The position numbers and the translations under genes were made by a program. Below are positions 37,261 through 46,314 of a stretch of DNA of 64,000 bases, piece after piece (position 1 is the stretch's first letter; each line of letters opens with the position of its first letter). The notes under the pieces were generated by a model, which was given only the letters and a program-made list of their open reading frames with translations, had not been told where the DNA came from and searched no databases. This DNA is from an uncultured Candidatus Bathyarchaeia archaeon. Its GTDB lineage: Archaea; Thermoproteota; Bathyarchaeia; TCS64. Location of the stretch: assembly GCA_964529745.1 (NCBI GenBank), contig CAZGZR010000004.1, positions 551 to 64,550 of the forward strand. Direction: 5' to 3'.

Positions 37261-39318
37261 ATGGCAGAACAAAAAGAGGAAACATACGACTCTCAATTTA
37301 TACAGTTTATAGAGGATTACAAAATAGGGAGGGGATACCCCTACGAAAAGAAAATATCCTTATTGGTAACCGAAGGAAAGAGAAGCTTAACCGTAGACTA
37401 TACTGACTTGTACGCTTACGATATTGGCCTGGCAGTTAAGGTTCTTAACAACCCGATCTTGATGCTCAAGGAGTTTGGGGTAGCTGTGTTTCAGAAGATG
37501 CGGCCAAGTCTATCTCCTCTAGATGCAGAGCAGTTAAGGGCCTACGAAGAAAAAGAGAACGTGATCACTGTCAGGTTCAATAAGGTACCGAATCTAGTAT
37601 CATTACGCCACCTGGAAGCAGCTCACATAGGGACGATGATAACCGTGACCGGCATAGTGGTAAGCACCAGGGTACCTTATCCAAAGCTAACAAAAGCCGT
37701 GTTCAGGTGCATGACCCCCGGGTGCAAAACGGTCTCAAATGAGTTAGTGCAGCCCTACGAATTCCTGTTCCCGACACCGGGAGAGTGCCCCAACTGCAAG
37801 GGTAATATGTGGATCGTCGACCCAATGCTAAGCACATACACGAATGTTCAAGAAGTAAAAATTCAGGAGCGACCTGAGGAACTTCCCCCGGGTCAATTAC
37901 CTCACAGCATCAAGGTCCTCCTTAAAGACGACTTAGTGAACACCGTGAATCCAGGAGACCGAGTGACTCTAACCTGCATAGTCTCCGCTAAACAGGTGAA
38001 ACCAAAGTCCCTTGAAATGGAGCTACTGCTAGAGGGAAACTACGTTGAGCAGATAGCGCCGGGGCAGGAGTCCATGGAGATGTCACCAGAGGATCTAGAC
38101 AAGATAAAGGAGCTCGCAGCGGATCCCTACATATTCAACAAGTTAGTGGAAAGCATGGCGCCGAGCATCTATGGGCACAGGTACATCAAAGAGGCCATGG
38201 CGGAAGCTCTCTTTGGTGGGGTCCCTAAACAGATAGGAACCACAAGGATAAGAGGAGATGTAGACGTTCTGATGGTAGGTGACCCGGGCACCGCCAAGAG
38301 CCAGATGCTCGAGAGAGCAGCTAGACTAGCTCCCCGGGGGCTACTGACGACAGGTAGAGGGTCGACGGCGGCGGGGCTCACGGCGGCAGCCATCCAGGAG
38401 AGAGGAGGCGGCGGCTTCGTCCTCGAGGCGGGGGCCCTGGTTCTCGCGGATAAGGGTGTCTGCTGCATAGACGAGATCGACAAGATGAGGGACGAGGACA
38501 GGGGCGCCATACACCCCGCCATGGAGCAGCAGGTGGTGAGCATCGCCAAAGGAGGGATAGTTGCGACCCTCAATGCAAGGACAGCGGTGATAGCTGCAGC
38601 GAACCCCACCCTGGGGCGGTATAACCCCTACCAGACGATAACCGAGAACATCACATTATCGGTGCCCCTGCTAAACCGGTTTGATACCATATTCGTGATG
38701 AGAGATGAGCCGAATCCTGAGCGGGATGCGGAGATGGCGGACCACATCTTAAGGATGCACCGAGCCCCAGAGGAGATGAAGGCGCCGATACCTGACGAGC
38801 TTCTACGCAAGTACATAAACAGCGCAAAGGCGATAACGCCGACGCTGACGGACGAGGCGGTTAAGATGCTGCGAGACTTTTACCTGAAGCTTAGAGCCGC
38901 GTCCGTCGATTCAACCATAATGATAACGGCTCGACAGCTGGAGAGCCTGATAAGGCAGAGTGAGGCAAGGGCGAGGGCACGGCACAGTAAAGAAGTGACG
39001 GAAGAGGACGCTATGGGTGTCATAGCCCTGATGAACAACGTCATGACCCAGATAGGCATAGACCCAGAGACGGGACAACCGGACCTAGATATAATCTTGA
39101 CCGGGAAACCAAAGAGCCTTCAGGATAAGCTTCAGAGATTGCTCACAGTGATAAGGGAGATGTCAGTGAACACGGCTGTAAGAGACGATGATCTATACGA
39201 AGTTCTCCAAAGTGACCACGGCATGGCCCTCAGCGAGTCCGCTAGACTGGTTGGCATATTGATGAGGGATGGAGCAATATTCAGTCCACGCCCAGGGTTC
39301 TACAAGGCCATAAGCTAG
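37261..39318 (+). CDS. mcm: MCM replicative helicase
   Basis: Zn finger, GDPGTAKSQ, CCIDEIDKM, AAANP, ITARQLES, C-terminal wH. Confidence 0.97.
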   Translation: MAEQKEETYDSQFIQFIEDYKIGRGYPYEKKISLLVTEGKRSLTVDYTDLYAYDIGLAVKVLNNPILMLKEFGVAVFQKMRPSLSPLDAEQLRAYEEKENVITVRFNKVPNLVSLRHLEAAHIGTMITVTGIVVSTRVPYPKLTKAVFRCMTPGCKTVSNELVQPYEFLFPTPGECPNCKGNMWIVDPMLSTYTNVQEVKIQERPEELPPGQLPHSIKVLLKDDLVNTVNPGDRVTLTCIVSAKQVKPKSLEMELLLEGNYVEQIAPGQESMEMSPEDLDKIKELAADPYIFNKLVESMAPSIYGHRYIKEAMAEALFGGVPKQIGTTRIRGDVDVLMVGDPGTAKSQMLERAARLAPRGLLTTGRGSTAAGLTAAAIQERGGGGFVLEAGALVLADKGVCCIDEIDKMRDEDRGAIHPAMEQQVVSIAKGGIVATLNARTAVIAAANPTLGRYNPYQTITENITLSVPLLNRFDTIFVMRDEPNPERDAEMADHILRMHRAPEEMKAPIPDELLRKYINSAKAITPTLTDEAVKMLRDFYLKLRAASVDSTIMITARQLESLIRQSEARARARHSKEVTEEDAMGVIALMNNVMTQIGIDPETGQPDLDIILTGKPKSLQDKLQRLLTVIREMSVNTAVRDDDLYEVLQSDHGMALSESARLVGILMRDGAIFSPRPGFYKAIS

Positions 39319-39659
39319 TGTGAGGGGTTAAGCCAGAAGAGTGAATCCCTTTTCTCTATTACTAAGCTATGGTAACTAAAGGGATAGGGCTTATCTGGGT
39401 TAGGAACGAGTTCTCGGGTGACGAGGCCCTTCTTCCTGAGATGGTAGAAATAGATCCTCATGGATTCATAGTTACCCCGTCTAATGTGAACCCCTACCGT
39501 ATCTGCTTCGTCACAGAACCGGTTCCACTCCTGATTGACCTGTGTAATAGTTTTTCGGGGATTAAGGTACAGGTAGTTGCGGATCCACAGTCCCTTAATG
39601 CTAGTGGTGGATCCCTGATGCCTGTAACGCTCAACAAGCTCTCGCTCCCAAGGCTCCAT
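39315..39659 (-). CDS. Winged-helix DNA-binding protein
   Basis: NYESMRIYFYHLRKKGLV; start moved to ATG 39659. Confidence 0.6.
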   Translation of the reverse strand: MEPWERELVERYRHQGSTTSIKGLWIRNYLYLNPRKTITQVNQEWNRFCDEADTVGVHIRRGNYESMRIYFYHLRKKGLVTRELVPNPDKPYPFSYHSLVIEKRDSLFWLNPSH

Positions 39660-39698
39660 GACAGGTGTTAATAACCGTAATAACAATTTAAGTTTAGC

Positions 39699-39977
39699 AT
39701 GTCCACGATGGACCGTTGGACCGGTGGAGCTCGCCCCCGTCAGGAACCAAGGATAGCTAAGGAGATAATACCCCTGGAAAAGTGGGGCGAGTACAGAGGA
39801 TACGGGATATGGCTTCACCCCATCCACGGTTACTTCGTCATAAAGGAGGGCTGGCAGAGGATGAACCTGCAACGGATAGACACCCCTGAGGACGCCAGAG
39901 ACTTCATTAACAAGTTGCCCCCGCATCCAACCTTCTATGAAACCTTAATGAGGATATCCGGGCACAAGGTTAGATGA
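39699..39977 (+). CDS. Hypothetical protein
   Basis: 92 aa, divergent from the previous gene. Confidence 0.5.
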   Translation: MSTMDRWTGGARPRQEPRIAKEIIPLEKWGEYRGYGIWLHPIHGYFVIKEGWQRMNLQRIDTPEDARDFINKLPPHPTFYETLMRISGHKVR

Positions 39978-39978
39978 G

Positions 39979-40956
39979 TTACTGATATCGGTCTAGCTTG
40001 GTGTTATTGTCTAAATTTTCTAAACGTCTTATTATCTTCTGGGAGTCTCCCTTGTCGTACTTTATCCAGGGTACCACCATATAGAAGCGGCGGTTAACCC
40101 ACCGTCTAAGGTGGTGATGGTAGGTTCCCCTCATGTCGTTATAGGGCATCACATAGGGCATTACTCCGAGATCGATGAGTGTCTGTACCCTGTGCTTGTC
40201 CTGCTCGTAAGTAGTGTTGTAGCCTATCAGCACGTAGAACATTAGGTGACGTGGTTTTATGCCGGCGTCTAGAAGCGTCTTTATGCCCTTCAGTACAGGG
40301 GGTTCTATCTCAGGGAAGTCCCACGCGAAGTATAGCCGTCGATACCTGAAGGTTTGATCGTAGTACCATACCTGACTAAGGAGCTCTGCGTTCTCGGGGG
40401 TAACAAGTCTGATGTCCAGGCCCTGGCTGAAGGACGTCTTTTTTCTTAGGTCTATCAACTCCTCTAGCTTGGTGACATAGTTAGGAGAAGCTAGAAAGTT
40501 GTTATCGAGAATCTGGATCTTGTTGAACCTTGGTTCCAGGAACTCCTCTATTGGTGAGTGTTCACATATCCAACCCTCCTTCTTTGGAACGACGCAGAAG
40601 GGACAGTTACGGATGCACCCCCTGCTGGTGAAACCAAGGCTGTAATCTACATCTGGGTAAAGACTGTAATCGGGTTTCAGATGCCGGGCCTCGAGAGGTA
40701 TTTTGCTGGTCAAGTTGAATCCGGTGCCGCCGAAGAATATCTCTGCGTCCGGGTACCAGGTTGAGGCCAGTATAGCCTTTTCCCGGTTCTTTGTGAAGAC
40801 GCAGCTGATATAAACCTCGTCTGGGTTGTGGTCTGAGGCTCCAAAGGATACCTCGTTGCCCTGTTTTTTAAAGTAAGTTGACAGTTGCATAAGGGCGAGG
40901 TTAGGGTAGTCGCTGCCGTCGGCGTCGATGAGGAGTACGTGTTTATTCATGGTCAT
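39979..40956 (-). CDS. Radical SAM protein (virus-associated type)
   Basis: TSRGCIRNCPFC, LDNNFL, QGLDIRL. Confidence 0.9.
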   Translation of the reverse strand: MTMNKHVLLIDADGSDYPNLALMQLSTYFKKQGNEVSFGASDHNPDEVYISCVFTKNREKAILASTWYPDAEIFFGGTGFNLTSKIPLEARHLKPDYSLYPDVDYSLGFTSRGCIRNCPFCVVPKKEGWICEHSPIEEFLEPRFNKIQILDNNFLASPNYVTKLEELIDLRKKTSFSQGLDIRLVTPENAELLSQVWYYDQTFRYRRLYFAWDFPEIEPPVLKGIKTLLDAGIKPRHLMFYVLIGYNTTYEQDKHRVQTLIDLGVMPYVMPYNDMRGTYHHHLRRWVNRRFYMVVPWIKYDKGDSQKIIRRLENLDNNTKLDRYQ

Positions 40957-42433
40957 TGAAATACTCCGTTAGTCTGCCTACGTTCTCAGGTGGGGGCTCG
41001 TAGCTGTCGGTTCTGATCCGTCTTTCACACATCTCTACGTATTCGGGGTTGATCTCTATGCCTATGAAGCGACGGCCAAGCCTTCTTGCTACACGAAGTG
41101 CAGTTCCTGATCCTGCGAAGGGGTCAAGGACAACACCGTTTCGGGGGCAGCCGGCTTTTATGATCGGTTCGATTAACGCGGGAGGAAACACCGCAAAGTG
41201 TGCTCCAGAGAAAGAATAGGTGTTTATTTCCCACAGGTCCCCCGGATTTTTACCTTTTGAGTTTCCTAAAGCATTGTCGTGTGGTTTTCCTTCCCTACGA
41301 GCCTGAGCCCTTCTTTGTTGATATTGGTTGTACTGAGTGGATGAATCAAATTTAGTTTCGTATCTTTCAGCTAATCCCTTTACTATATCTGCGGGTCTAT
41401 TGCCGTGTCCAGGTGCATCACCGTATAACTCCCCCTGTTTATCTCCACCCATTTGCTGCATTACGGTGGGCTGAGTTATGCGCTGAATAGACGACTCCAT
41501 GTAAGGCTCTCTTATCGCGTCAAGATCAAAATAGTATTGAAGGTTTATGGTAGCACCCAACAGCTCCTTAGGTATCTCGTCTCTGCGTTTTACGCCGCCG
41601 TGGTCTCTCCACCACTCCTTAAGTTTTAACCAAGTAAGATGTCGAAGAGGTTGCTTCTCTTTGTTGGGTTGGTTTCCGACTATATGGTAGTTGCTCCGGG
41701 CGTCACTGCGGACTAAGAAGAAGACGAACTCGTAACTGCTGGTGAATCTATCTCTTGTGCTCTCTGGCATGTGATTAGGCTTATACCAGATAGCAGCGTT
41801 TCTAACGAGCCAACCGTCCTCTTGGAGGGCTATAGCTACCCTCGAGGGGATTAAGAGAAGCTGCTTAGGCTGAAGCCAGCTGGTAGAGGGTCCATAGTAC
41901 CGTGCTCGATTCTGGTGGCCTTTATGTTTGTTCCCCGTAAGATCACTTTTATCGTATGCTGGATCAGTGCCGCCGGTTATGCTGCAATAGCTATCTCCTA
42001 AGTTGAGCCAATAGGATCCATGGGGATTCAACACGCGCTTGATCTCGTGGGCGACCTCGACCATGTGATCTATGTACATTTGGGGATGGGGTTCGAGGCC
42101 TAGACACCCGAGCCAGGCACCACAAAGAGAACAAAAACTACCGCTATTAGTTGGTCTAGAAATCTCGTCTTGTCTATCCGGGTTCGTTAATGTGGACGTC
42201 GAATAATCACCGGGTTTATTGCCTCTCTTATATCCCTGCCATGATAGGTTTTCACCCCACTCGTGATTACAAGTTGGGTCTCCTCCCCAGATCGTAGGAG
42301 GCACCCCATAATCTCTAAGCCCCCAATAGGGTGGAGACGTAACAGCTAGGTCGACGCAGGACTCGGGCCACACCTTCATGATGGCTCTACAGTCACCGCA
42401 CAGAACTTGGTTAACAGGTACCTCGTCACTCAT
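40943..42433 (-). CDS. Beta-class DNA methyltransferase (SPPY, probably m4C)
   Basis: TSPPYW ... HFAVFP ... VLDPFAGSGT. Confidence 0.92.
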   Translation of the reverse strand: MSDEVPVNQVLCGDCRAIMKVWPESCVDLAVTSPPYWGLRDYGVPPTIWGGDPTCNHEWGENLSWQGYKRGNKPGDYSTSTLTNPDRQDEISRPTNSGSFCSLCGAWLGCLGLEPHPQMYIDHMVEVAHEIKRVLNPHGSYWLNLGDSYCSITGGTDPAYDKSDLTGNKHKGHQNRARYYGPSTSWLQPKQLLLIPSRVAIALQEDGWLVRNAAIWYKPNHMPESTRDRFTSSYEFVFFLVRSDARSNYHIVGNQPNKEKQPLRHLTWLKLKEWWRDHGGVKRRDEIPKELLGATINLQYYFDLDAIREPYMESSIQRITQPTVMQQMGGDKQGELYGDAPGHGNRPADIVKGLAERYETKFDSSTQYNQYQQRRAQARREGKPHDNALGNSKGKNPGDLWEINTYSFSGAHFAVFPPALIEPIIKAGCPRNGVVLDPFAGSGTALRVARRLGRRFIGIEINPEYVEMCERRIRTDSYEPPPENVGRLTEYFNDHE

Positions 42434-43751
42434 TCACCGCATACTCCGTTAACTTTATGGGGATAGCGTTGACTCTTTGGACGCCTATCTTATGCCACTT
42501 CTTCTTTATCTCTATCCCCACGTAGTTGATCCCCAGCTGCTTGGCTGCCACGCACGTCGTATAGGTCCCGCCGAAGGGGTCGACGGCTAACCCTCCTGGA
42601 GGCGTACCCAGCCTCAGCAGCCAGGCCATGAGCTTCACCGGCTTGACCGTGGGGTGAACATTTCTACGGGGCGTAGTCTTGGCGCCGTCGAGCCGCGCTT
42701 TTCTCCCTCCCGATAGATTCAGTTTAGACTTTGGCTTTTTCTTTGGACCCTTGTAGACTCCGTACTCCTTCTCCTTGGTGGTGGGTTTAGGGACGTCCAG
42801 GAACCCGTATGTCTCCACCCACACCTTACGGTTCCAGTAGGCAACGTCTTCTACTATGCCGTGGGCGTCGGCCCACAGGTCGAGGTCGAAGTATCGCCAG
42901 CTGTCCCCCTCGTCTCCGTAGGTGTGCTTAGCCTCTATCTCCGTCGGCTCTCTATCATAGTGGCCATAGGCTACACGGTTAAAGGGGCCGAGGTGGTGGT
43001 GAGGCTCTATCTTACCGGACTTGGTTATCGTGCCGTCGCTTAGAGCCTGATCTGACACTATGAGATTAGCGGGGAACCTACCCTCCCCTGGGTCTCGTCT
43101 CACGGCGTGAGCCTTACCCTGGAAAGCACTGTTACGCGCAGACTCGTATAGGTCCTTCCTGTACCAGTTGTTATCCTCAAGGGCCTCCTCACCAGAGAGA
43201 GGGATAAGGCAGTCACCTACATTGATGGCGCCCGTTCCCCACTCCATGACGTTCTCGGCTATCGTGGGCTCGCTCAGGGGCTTATGAACCATAAGAACCG
43301 GTTCAAGGGCTGGTTTCAGCCCCGTTATACTTTTCCAACCATTATACCGCTCTGCAACAGGAAACGATTCATTAAAAAGAGGTAGCATAGGTGAGGCTTT
43401 TTTTTCTAGCTCCTTTCTGATGTCCATAGCCTTAGGAAACCCTGTTTTGTATATCCAGGATATGAAGCTCTGAGTGGTGACGAACCCCACCTTCTCCAAG
43501 AGCAAGACCATTCGTGCGAGGAGGTCCTGACGGGGGCTACACATCACGAACGCTATGCCCCCGGGCTTAAGCACCCGGTGCATCTGGGTAAACGCCTCAA
43601 GGGGCGGCAGCGTCTTATCCCAATCCAGCTCCATGTACTCTAGACCGTATGGGGGGTCCGTTGCGAAAGTGTCCACTGTGTTGTCTTCCCAGGTGTCCAT
43701 GACCGGGATGCAGTCGCTACAGATCAGTTGATTAACCGGCGGCTTAGGCAT
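42426..43751 (-). CDS. Beta-class DNA methyltransferase (DPPY, probably m6A)
   Basis: TDPPYG ... GFPKA ... HPTVKP ... DPFGGT. Confidence 0.92.
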   Translation of the reverse strand: MPKPPVNQLICSDCIPVMDTWEDNTVDTFATDPPYGLEYMELDWDKTLPPLEAFTQMHRVLKPGGIAFVMCSPRQDLLARMVLLLEKVGFVTTQSFISWIYKTGFPKAMDIRKELEKKASPMLPLFNESFPVAERYNGWKSITGLKPALEPVLMVHKPLSEPTIAENVMEWGTGAINVGDCLIPLSGEEALEDNNWYRKDLYESARNSAFQGKAHAVRRDPGEGRFPANLIVSDQALSDGTITKSGKIEPHHHLGPFNRVAYGHYDREPTEIEAKHTYGDEGDSWRYFDLDLWADAHGIVEDVAYWNRKVWVETYGFLDVPKPTTKEKEYGVYKGPKKKPKSKLNLSGGRKARLDGAKTTPRRNVHPTVKPVKLMAWLLRLGTPPGGLAVDPFGGTYTTCVAAKQLGINYVGIEIKKKWHKIGVQRVNAIPIKLTEYAVNE

Positions 43752-43755
43752 TGCT

Positions 43756-44382
43756 TCACCACTTCCTATCGAAGCTTTCTTTCATCATGGTGCCGGCTAT
43801 CTTCACGTAGTACATCGCCTGCTCTATCCTCTCCCAGCCGAGGACGTCCTTGATCTCGTAGGGGCTGAACCCTTTACGGGCTAGCATGGTCGCAAAGGTG
43901 CCTCGGAGGCAGTGGGGGAAAAGCCGGTGGTGTAGATCGGTTCTGTCTTCCAGGTCTGTGAGGAGACGGTTAACGTATTGGCGCCAGGGGTATACCTCCA
44001 TTACCTCTCTGTGGTCCTTGTAGAACCACTTCAGTTGATCTTTGTACTCGGGGACGACGGGTATGGTGCGGGCCCCCGCCGGCGTCTTTGGCTGCCAGTA
44101 TCCTGAGGGCTTGGTGATCTTGTTTTTCTTGTTGCGGTACTCTTCTCTGCAGGGGGTGCAGTCGCACTTCATTCGGGAGGGTATTGTTATTATCTCCCGG
44201 GGCCAATTCACCCAATCTTTTTTCATGTGTGTGAACTCGCTTACCCTGAACCCGACGTAGACGAGGCTGCGGAACGAAAAATCGTCTAGTCGGGTGGCGC
44301 AGGCGTCTAGCACGGCGTCAACTTCCGGATCGGTTAGAATGTTTTCCTTTGTCTTGGGCTTAGAGTAGTCCTTGCGAGTCAT
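43756..44382 (-). CDS. Compact tyrosine recombinase, SNJ2-like integrase
   Basis: GFRVSE, CDCTPC insert, WQPKT, HCLR, LGW, catalytic Y; 208 aa. Confidence 0.85.
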   Translation of the reverse strand: MTRKDYSKPKTKENILTDPEVDAVLDACATRLDDFSFRSLVYVGFRVSEFTHMKKDWVNWPREIITIPSRMKCDCTPCREEYRNKKNKITKPSGYWQPKTPAGARTIPVVPEYKDQLKWFYKDHREVMEVYPWRQYVNRLLTDLEDRTDLHHRLFPHCLRGTFATMLARKGFSPYEIKDVLGWERIEQAMYYVKIAGTMMKESFDRKW

Positions 44383-44420
44383 TGTGTTACATCTCTTTCA
44401 ACTTATGTAATAAGTCTTAA

Positions 44421-44762
44421 GTGCGTAGGGAGAACGGCTTAGGTGAGGCCACCATTTTGGTGAAAGACGAGATCGACGAGATAAAGAAACGCATGATGCG
44501 TGAGATTATCAAGGAACACAAGGACCGCAATGATCTTACTGAGGCGCTAGCCTTCCTCCGGGAGATACGCGCAATGGCGGTACAGATGGATTGGGATCCA
44601 TGGCTGACGAGGCAGGCGCTGGTGATGGCCCTCGAGTTCGACACCTTGGCCGCCTTGGAGAAGGGCGTAACTCAGCAGCAGCTGGACAACTTTGATGCCC
44701 CCGTGAAGGTAAACGTAAGGGAGCTTCATGAGGAGTTCAAGAGACACGGGGTGAAGTGGTGA
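44421..44762 (+). CDS. Hypothetical protein
   Basis: Helical ORF divergent from the integrase. Confidence 0.6.
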   Translation: MRRENGLGEATILVKDEIDEIKKRMMREIIKEHKDRNDLTEALAFLREIRAMAVQMDWDPWLTRQALVMALEFDTLAALEKGVTQQQLDNFDAPVKVNVRELHEEFKRHGVKW

Positions 44763-44766
44763 TGAG

Positions 44767-45060
44767 ATGAACGGAGAAAAGACATCTAAAGACTCTATAC
44801 CAGAGGAGGGACGTATCAAGATTGACGAAAAGACTCGTAAACTGTTTAAAGATCACGATAATAGTCTTAAGGTCTCTGTTGAGGATAAATCCTGTATAGA
44901 CTTCATAGAGGATTTGAAGACCCATTGTGCGGACGAGATACAAGGCTCTAAAAGCTTGATAAAAGAAGGGGTTAACTCAAGATACTACGAAGGAATGAAA
45001 GACGCCTATGAGATAGTTTTAGAGAAGATAAAGACGTTTGAAGGTGAAGATGATGCTTGA
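44767..45060 (+). CDS. Hypothetical protein
   Basis: Operonic, YYEGMKDAY. Confidence 0.6.
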   Translation: MNGEKTSKDSIPEEGRIKIDEKTRKLFKDHDNSLKVSVEDKSCIDFIEDLKTHCADEIQGSKSLIKEGVNSRYYEGMKDAYEIVLEKIKTFEGEDDA

Positions 45061-45397
45061 CGAGAGAACCGCACTACTTTACATCTTGAAGGATGCTGTT
45101 GAGAAGATACAGAGCCACGAGGAGACCCTTAGACACATAGTTGAAGAGCTAACCCAGGCATCCCCCCTAACTGGTGAAATGGTGAAAGATGAAGAGATCT
45201 ATGAGAGCGTCACGGTGAGGTCCCAGCACAGAGTCACCTTAAAGATGGTTCCTGAGGGATCGGTGTGTCATCTTCACATATACAGGTCGAAACGCCCCCG
45301 GTCATGCAGCTGCGGCGGAAAAGAAGACTGCCCCCTGTGTGAAGGGGAGGGACAATACTATCCTGTGACGGGGGTGCTGCTGGAGAGGGTTACATGA
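45038..45397 (+). CDS. Hypothetical protein with C-terminal Zn finger
   Basis: CSC...CPLCEGEG. Confidence 0.6.
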   Translation: MKVKMMLDERTALLYILKDAVEKIQSHEETLRHIVEELTQASPLTGEMVKDEEIYESVTVRSQHRVTLKMVPEGSVCHLHIYRSKRPRSCSCGGKEDCPLCEGEGQYYPVTGVLLERVT

Positions 45398-45684
45398 CTC
45401 GTCACAGTTGGGACTACGAGAAGAGTCCTGGACGCGCTATCTGTGGTAACTGTGGAATGGACGTTAAGGCCTGGAGAGTGAAAGAGGGAGGCCTACCTGA
45501 GTGTAAACCTGAGAACGTATTCAAGCAGAGTAGCCTAGACTGTAAGGATCACATGACCGCTGCGATAGCCGGGAGCCTCAACTGCTGGTACTGTGGCCGC
45601 ATGTACACCAAGGCAGAGCTCAAGGCGGGGCGAAAAATCAGTGAAAACCGGGTGGAAAAAGCCCTGAATCCCGTTCAAAAATAA
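45394..45684 (+). CDS. Zn-finger protein
   Basis: CGNCG, CWYCG. Confidence 0.6.
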   Translation: MTRHSWDYEKSPGRAICGNCGMDVKAWRVKEGGLPECKPENVFKQSSLDCKDHMTAAIAGSLNCWYCGRMYTKAELKAGRKISENRVEKALNPVQK

Positions 45685-45921
45685 CCCGGTTTCATCATGT
45701 AATCAAGTTTCTATGAAAATGCTGTAAAGTAGGGCTCTGGTTGCCGTGAAGAACGCAAGTCAGGGAGGGGGTTACTTAAGCGTGTTTCGTTAAGACTGTT
45801 TGGGAATCCCGTTAATTTACCCACTTTTCCTGTACTCCACTACATAAACCTGTGAAACATAAATATGAGGCTTAGAGCGTAGACCTTATAACCCTATGGA
45901 ATAGATACAGATGAGACGGAT

Positions 45922-46161
45922 TTGCCACGAAAACCGCCAAGTCAGATTGTAGCCGCAATTTACAATGTAATAAACGTAAAACGAGCTATGAGCGTGAACC
46001 AGATAGCGGCGGAGGCCGGCATATCATGGAGAACAGCCAGGGACTACGTTGATCTTATCCTGAAGGTACAGGACCAACCCCCACTAATAGTCGTCCCCAT
46101 GGAGGACGGGTTTGACAGATACAAGAGGGAGAGTATGGCAGGGAGGCCTCCTAAGAAGTGA
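45922..46161 (+). CDS. HTH regulator
   Basis: MSVNQIAAEAGISWRTARDYV. Confidence 0.7.
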   Translation: MPRKPPSQIVAAIYNVINVKRAMSVNQIAAEAGISWRTARDYVDLILKVQDQPPLIVVPMEDGFDRYKRESMAGRPPKK

Positions 46162-46314
46162 CCGAGATAAACAGGAACAAGCTCAGGCAGGAGACGGTAG
46201 CCTTCATGACCGATGGGTGGAGTCGTCATGAGCGGACGCATTTTGACGACTGGCTGGAGGAAGAAGTGAAGCCCTACTACTCAGAGCTATACCGTTTCAT
46301 CAAGGAGGGAGAAT

